Shown here one piece after another: positions 56,180 to 64,000 of a stretch of DNA of 64,000 nt. The notes beneath the pieces were generated by a model that was given only the letters and a program-made list of their open reading frames with translations, was not told the DNA's origin and did no database searches. Made by a program: the position numbers and the translations under genes. Position 1 is the stretch's first letter. Each line of letters starts with the position of its first letter. This DNA is from Eledone cirrhosa. Taxonomy: Eukaryota. The stretch is from the NCBI GenBank assembly GCA_964016885.1, contig OZ024742.1:351788001-351852000 (forward strand), read 5' to 3'.

Positions 56180-57299
56180 TTGTTATAGTTTGGGAGGGTC
56201 ATGTTGCCAATAAGAAACACACTCACCAGTTGCTTTCACTTCAATTTATTATAATAGATTTATAATAAATTAATAAATTTATAAATTTCTGGTTGTTTGA
56301 CTGGTTCCACAACCAGATAGTTGTTTATATATTGTCATAGTTCTTTAGTCACACACTCTGTGACCTCTTCAGTGACTGGGATTCCTTTCTTTGTTTCTGT
56401 GCCTCTCCTTTGTTCTGTCCTACGCCATTTTGTTTCTGTGTGTGTGTTGTGTGCTCATTCTGCGCATGCGCCACATCCGGGCAATGCAACCCCACATCAC
56501 TAACACAAGAGAGGTAACACCACAGGAGCATGAGGATAGAGAAAAAGCCCTCAATGCCCATATGGTGATGTGGACGAATATAATGCAGCCCAACAAAAGC
56601 ACTGCCAATAACTTCCAGGCCTGGAACAATGACGTGCCAGCGTTTTATGGGCTTCGAAAAGACCATAAAACGGGCAGTGACACTGTCGCGGGACCACCAA
56701 CACGGCCAATCTGTGGAGCTAACATTGCTAGTAACTACAGACTGTCCTACTTCCTCTCCCTGATCATACGCCCCATCATTGAAATGTCCCCAGATGTATG
56801 TGACAGCACGGAGGACCTCCTCAGCAGAATCGGCGTGAGTAACCGATCTAGGGACCTAACAAACTGCATAATAGGTAGTATGGATGTTGTGTCCCTGTAT
56901 CCAACTATTGACGTGGATGTTGCTGTGGAGAAATGCGTAGAAATGATCAGTGAGAGCAATGTTGAGTTCCGTGGGATTGATACCAGTGAGCTGGGACTCC
57001 TACTTAAACTTACCTATAGTAATAATTACCTAGACACATATGACCTTAGCAACCTGTGCCCTACAAGACCAGCAAGAGGCAGACCACCTACCATTACCTC
57101 AATGGCCAAGAAAACCCACACAGATAGATGGAACGGGTGGACCAGAGCCATACTGTATTTTTAATTTATAATAAATTGGAGTGAAACAACCCGGTGCGTG
57201 TGTTTCTTATTGGCAACATGACCTTCCAAAAGTATAACAATATCGGCATAACACACGTTTTCAGATAAAGAATCTTGCTAAACAAATTCAGAAACGAAA
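56180..57299 (+). mobile_element. Deleted PLE: inverted family B pLTR, RT fragment, then family B 3' end with tail
   Basis: 56180-56265 is inverted against 57165-57240; HHR-like CTGAAGA on the - strand at ~56334-56376. Confidence 0.85.
56482..57164 (+). pseudogene. PLE reverse transcriptase N-terminal fragment
   Basis: VPAFYGLRKDHK, PTRPICGA, STEDLL, GSMDVVSLYPTID; truncated before the YxDD motif. Confidence 0.85.
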
Positions 57300-57317
57300 T
57301 ATATATATATATATATA

Positions 57318-57545
57318 CAAAGTTTATATTTAATTTGTTGGAATTCAACAAACTTAAAAGTTTTATAACTGATATAAAGTACTCAACAGTGGTGTAGTAA
57401 ATATTCATTATATTAATAAATGGAAACAATATTTATAAAACCATAATTATTTTATTATATATATTTCAAGGGCAACCAAGGCACATTTTGGTGCGCTTTC
57501 ATTTGATAAAATACAAAAGTTGTTTGATAAATGTTGACATACCCG
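57318..57545 (-). mobile_element. Family A element with tail; HHR core mutated (CAAATGA)
   Basis: Homologous to 10025-10260. Confidence 0.78.
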
Positions 57546-58470
57546 CCGAGGAACAGCCTTGACGTTTGGAGGTTCGCTGGATAGTGGAAAAATGTTATTG
57601 AGGGTGATTGAAAGTTATGTGTGAGTATGCAAATGAATGTCTGAAAAAATTAAAAAAAATTGAAAAAAACAACGGTTTATTTAAATGTTACTGTTGGACG
57701 AAGTGATAGAGAGGGGGGGAGGAGAGAGAGAGAGAAAAAGAGAGAGAGAGAGAAGAAAAAAAGCGAAAGAAGAAAAAGAGAAATAAAAAGAGACGAAAGA
57801 AAGAGAGAGGAAGAAACAAGAGAAAGAGAAGACATCATATGCATAGTAATGATGAAATATATATATATATATTCAATACATAAACAGAGAAAGCCGTAAG
57901 CGATGCTCCGACCAACTGCATGTCACTCAACAAACATTAGGATATACTTAAGTATTATCCCACTTTAGTGTTTGGGGTGGTAACTAATCAGTATTTCGTG
58001 GATAATTGGTTGTGTTATTTTATATATATATATATAAGTATATATGTAATGATGGCATATATATATATGTATATATGTAATTATGGCTGCAAACTCGGTT
58101 CCGAGTACCGCTTTAGCTTAATACTTACGCATGAGCATCACCTACGTGGAATTTGATACCAGCTAGGAACTTGCTTACGGCAAGCGATGCTGTGCAACCG
58201 AAGAGATATCTCATATCAAACGACGCCTGTGTTTGAAGCTATTCTATTTGAATGAAATCTTTGGAAGGAGCCCATCCTACTATCTGAACGTTGAATATAT
58301 TTGCCCAAAATGTAGAAACGATCAACATTTGTGGATGCACACTATATCGTTGGTTTTATATCAGTGAACTTCTAGATAGATATCTTAATGAAAACTGGGA
58401 CTCCCTCATTACACTGCCCCGCCCCCAGTGCTACTGGTAACACACACCGACACACTCACACACACACACA

Positions 58471-58573
<103 letters not shown>

Positions 58574-59744
58574 GAAACACATATATCTGTATGTATACTT
58601 AAATAATCTAACGTCAAAGAATTTATCAGTCACATACTAAGTAAATCTTTCGAAACTTACTTTAATACCGTGTAAAGAAAATTCAGTACAAATTAAAGAG
58701 TATGTATTTTTTGTCAATTAATGATCGTCTTGGTGTATATGGTAATTAATTCGGAAATCAATAATTTTGTTTGCATTAAAAATTCGATGCTTGCTTTTTA
58801 AAGCAAACTAAATCTTGCGCGTTCCTTGTTTCATGTCATCCTCTTACTGTATGGATTCTAAATGATTATATTTCCATTAATATGCATTCTATAGAAACTA
58901 GTATTCCATAGAATAAGCTGCAGTAGCTAACATATAAGTTAGCAATAATCTCTAGTTGGATCAAATCATCTATAATAAATCATTTTAAAACTAAATTATA
59001 CTAGAATGCAGGACCGAAATCGGTAATATTTCCAATATATTTAGCAAATCAATACTACTGCCAATATCTTTAGTGAACATATCGAAACCACATAGGACTG
59101 AGAGCAGAAAATGAACTATATAACTTGAATTTGAAAGCCAAAATTAATAAATCTCTGTAATAAATCATTGATATATCATAGTAAGTGAATGGGAATATTT
59201 CCTTCTATGAAGTAATGGGCTGAATAGTAGATTTCAGAGAATGCTGAATTAAATCATCATTAGAATGATCAGATTTCCGAGCGTAAAGAATGCATTATTA
59301 GAATTGGCAGAACCATTAGTTTCGAATATAATACATTCCCGTATATGCTCATTCTTTTCATTCAAAAATTAATAAATATAATACTTATGTTTTAGAAAGT
59401 TGATACAACGATATAGAACTATAGTAAGGGCAAAGGATGCCAAATATTTCAAATCAAAGTTGTTTTTATCCACTATATTTCAACATATATTTCAACATTA
59501 TATGTCAGTGCTATTTCCCTCGTTTTAACCCTTAAGCATTTACATTACTCTATATTTAATATTTCATTTTCACGGTAAACGCTTTATCTCACATAATTAT
59601 CTCACATAATATCGAATCTATGAGATTTTGATATTATTCATTTTGAGAACAATACCTTGATATCTGTCTGTATGTCTGGTTGTCTGCATACAACAATTAT
59701 GACGTCGCTATTTGTGTGTGTATATATATATGTATATATATATA

Positions 59745-59872
<128 letters not shown>

Positions 59873-60254
59873 AGTGTGTGTAACGTATTTCGAAATTATA
59901 TATATATATATGGCGTGGTTGCACATGGGTTACATATGAATATCATTAGTCCTTCATCAGTGATCTTCCAGCCTTCATTGGTATTTCTTCGCTTAAATAT
60001 CATGTACCTCTGGTTAGTGCGGGCAATAACTAAATAAAGTTATTGGGACACGCAAAATATGGTGAAGCGAGCGAGACATGTAAACAAACAAAGATGGTAA
60101 TGCAATGGAAAGATAGGAAGAGGGGAAAACAAGTCCGTGATATCTGTGAACTTGTGTTCTGTGAAATCATAGATGTGGAGAGATACAGAGCATCCGACCT
60201 GTGTGAGATCTATATATATAGAAATATTATGGTCCTGTGAAAGATTTAAGCAAA

Positions 60255-60316
<62 letters not shown>

Positions 60317-60438
60317 ATTATATATTCGTGTACAGATATTTTATACGTAGACAATAACAAAATGTAAACAAACGTATTCATTTAACGAGGCTCGATAAGG
60401 ATATATATGTATCAAATATTTAAGAACCCTAGAGCAAA

Positions 60439-60467
60439 TCCCGAGCAACGCCGGGCCATTCTGCTAG
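60439..60467 (+). mobile_element. Helitron 3' terminus
   Basis: cccgagcaacgccggg hairpin, then CTAG|T after an 8-nt spacer. Confidence 0.7.
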
Positions 60468-60576
60468 TATATAATATTTACGAAGACCAATATCCGAAGT
60501 GGGCTCAATAAGGTTTGTATATATATAATAGTATAAACCATAGAGCAAACGTTTATTATTAATACTTATTAAAATT

Positions 60577-60742
60577 TGGCAGTATCGGTCGGATATGGTT
60601 TCCAGCCAAGTTACCTCCATTTACGATCTGACTTCAAATCCCGCCGAGGTTAACTTTGCCTTTCATCCTTACATGGTCAATGAAATAAAGTACCAGTAAT
60701 GTTCTGGATGATTGCTGGCCTTATGCCAAAAAGTAGAAACAT
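60577..60742 (+). mobile_element. tRNA-derived SINE
   Basis: tggcagtatcgg A box, core and tail. Confidence 0.85.
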
Positions 60743-62581
60743 ATAAAATTAAAGAAACGAATTTCTGCTGTCGGCTGAAAGCAGAAATAAACCAGTAACA
60801 TTCTTAATGTATTTAGATCTCGCATTGGAGGTTTTTATTTCATCACTAAAACTGTTCTTCTAATTATGAATCTCAAGTATTTCATTTCCTTTGGAATATA
60901 ACGACTGTTTATGAAAATAACCTTTAAATGATATACTATTCCATAGGAAGACATATATAACTAGATTAATATCTGAAATAAAAAAAATGTTACAAATTGT
61001 CAAAGTATTACTGACCAGATCAATTTAACCTGGCGTACTATTTGAAAGCCGAGAGTGAAATTGTATCAAGCATCTTTAAGCACTCAGTTTATTATGTATA
61101 TACAAAAAACACAGCAATGTATTTCTTTTCATACATTTTAAAATAAATTTTCCTTATTGGATGAAACAAAATCAAACTTTTATATAAGATTGAAGGAAAC
61201 AAACATCTGCCAAAAATACCTTTTGATGTGTGTTTATACAATTTGAAGAAATTCGCCGAAGAGACTGGAATATGTTGTTCTTTGAATGGAGATAGTAGCC
61301 TCTCGCCTGAATATCAGATTGGCTTTTGCTTCTTCAAACTGAATACTTCAATGGAAAGTCAACAAAGAATGATAAAGTCGAACTTTCGAATGCCAGAAAT
61401 CGATTTTCATTCGATACAGCCTACTGCTTAAATGCAGTAGCAGAATTGACCTTTTGAAAGAATAGTTATTTTAAGAAACTATCAGGTGATAGTGCAGTGA
61501 AGGGAACACTTGATATGCAATTAAACTTCTCCAGATATTAGCAATCACTCATTTCATCATTTCTCGTATCTTCAGGATTGTTGTTATCAGAAGGAAAAAT
61601 ATAAGGACATAGTGTTGAGTGATGTTTATTTTGGGAATGATAGAAATCTATATATTTTGGATTTGTATATATGTTCTGTACATAAAATTGATATGAGTAA
61701 CATGGGAAACGTTATTAAAATACTTTTTCCGTCTTACTTAAAGAACATTTCACCAACAGTAGAGTTTGTATAGATCTCCGACATTCTCTTTAAAGTATTT
61801 GCTGATACAATATATTTCATAGAAGATTGATTTACAGTAAACGCCATTTAAGATTTTTCAGAATAAATGGGAAGCTCCCGCACTAGAAAAGAGCACAGTA
61901 ATTGTTTCTACTTTTGGCACAAGGTCAGTAATTCCCCACAGCATTACTAAAATCAAATTAACGTTATGTTAGAATCTTTAATTGAGAATCGTTATATAAA
62001 AACAAATAGCCATATAATAGCGAAATATGTTTATTTGTGTTCAAAGAATTTTCATTTAGTTTCCATTCTCATTTATTTCATTCACAGAAGAGTAACATGT
62101 TTCTATATAACATTCTTTGTTTCATCATCTGCATATTACGAAAGGCGTGAAACATGATTGCATTTTCCTTCCTAAATGTTCATGCCTCATTTATATTTCT
62201 TACGTCAATTTCTCAAGTATATTGGTGGCTATGAATTAACACTGTTTAATGACATTTCTGTTATAATTCACAACAGAGCTTGTAACGTAAGAGATATGAT
62301 GAAGCATATGTTTAAATGTTAAGCAATTAAATGGCATGATACGCTGTTGATATTGAGCATATTAGATAAAGAATAATATAATGCGTTCCTGGCATGTTAC
62401 TGAGGAGCCACAACGACAATAAATTGCAGTTGAATTGGTTTGCTGAATGTATGAAATGAGTTTCAAGTGCATAGTTTGGACATTTATGAAATATTCTAAG
62501 ACTTGTCACAAAGTAGACGCTTGCATTAATAATGGAGCAACGTTAATAATCTCAGGTGGGTTACCTCACACACACCCACGA

Positions 62582-62615
<34 letters not shown>

Positions 62616-63069
62616 ATGCACACACATACACACACATACACATACACACACAAACACACGCACACACACACACACTATCACACACACAGACACACATATA
62701 TATATGTATATTGTCCCCGTCGCAATTCCCTCACAGCATAGTTCCTAGAGTTATGAGAGCGTGTCTTTATTGTCACGATATCTACTAGTAATCTGAAGTA
62801 AACCCTGTCAAATAATACTCCTAAAATCAGATGACGTATATCTCACACTCATATAAGGTTCGGGACTTTTATAGTAAAGCCTCCTTGTATTTTGGGCGTA
62901 TTTAGTCAGGATTTCATTTACATATTTGTAACATGTAGTCAACATTTAAAACACATTTGAACATATATACAAACTCAGACACATAAACACACTGACAAAG
63001 ACACATACACACACATGCACACATATACACACACCACTCTTACACACGCACATACACACACTCTTAGAC

Positions 63070-63177
<108 letters not shown>

Positions 63178-63769
63178 AGAAATGGAAAAAGATGAGTATT
63201 GACGTACATGCACGTCTATACTCATCTTTTTCCATTTCTCCGGGAGTTCTTAACCCCACTAACAGGGTAAATAATTTCTTTAACTTCTTTACTGGAAATA
63301 CTGCGATAGATTACATTTCTAATAATTTCAAAACCCCCTCGCAGTTTCGAAAAAAAAAAAAAATATATATATATAATAATAATAATAATAATAGTAAGTA
63401 AACTCAAAGTTGCAGCTGCGATTAAAGATTTTGTTGCCTATATTAAATTATCTCAGCAAATCGACGACCACAAGGATTTTCATGTGTGTATCTTCAGTTG
63501 TCGGGCTATTAGAGACCAGAAATAATAAAATAAACACACTAGCGTATAACCTGTGTGAGATTTGTTGATTATTTATCATCTCAAGTGGAGAAGGCGGCTG
63601 TCAATGCACAGTTTGTACTATTCAGGATTATATTTGAATACATAAAATACCTGTTTTCTGGGAAATATTCAGTTTTGTCCTATGTGGAAGGGCTAGTTTC
63701 AGTATATTTGTCAATTTTATCGCGATCATAGAATTGAGATTGATTGGAAAAACCTATTCCATGAACGAT

Positions 63770-63960
63770 AATTGTTTCTACTTTCGGCACAAGGCCAGCA
63801 ATTATTCCAGTGTATTACTGGTACTTTATTTTGTCGAACCCGTAATGAAAGGCAAAGTTAACCTCGGCGGGATTTGATCTCAGAATTCTAAATGGCTATA
63901 ACTCTTTGCTGCAAAGCATTGCGTCCGAGCCTCTACCGATACTGCCAATCCATCTCCCTT
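63770..63960 (-). mobile_element. tRNA-derived SINE
   Basis: Reverse complement of the consensus. Confidence 0.88.
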
Positions 63961-64000
63961 GCCAATATATTGGTCTTCCGTCGGGTAGCAGCATACATTT

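Noticed and set aside
59938-59970. Hammerhead on the - strand (gatca-CTGATGA-aggac)
   Set aside because: No GAAA or matching stem I strand follows; at most a truncated half
61228-61431. 67-aa ORF in unique sequence
   Set aside because: No recognisable motif or convincing splice context

Overview
AT-rich, repeat-saturated eukaryotic DNA, probably from a cephalopod (octopus-like; inferred from the tRNA-derived SINE family and the extreme (TA)n load). I found no intact host protein-coding gene. Contents: five decayed Penelope-like retroelements (PLEs; three Naiad-like, one Poseidon/Neptune-like, one RT fragment), a Chapaev3-like DNA transposon, a CRE-clade and three RTE-like LINE fragments, about 20 SINE copies, MITE/Helitron/hAT remnants and many microsatellites. 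The main signal is non-coding. More than a dozen hammerhead-ribozyme (HHR) motifs (CUGANGA...GAAA-palindrome-UH, with covarying stems) sit in PLE pseudo-LTRs (pLTRs) and in at least five families of short ORF-less fold-back elements inserted into (TA)n. These follow a shared rule: one arm carries a 50-105 nt 3' tail, and the other stops at an internal TA-rich site. Coordinates were read by eye and family names come from motif recall, not database searches.
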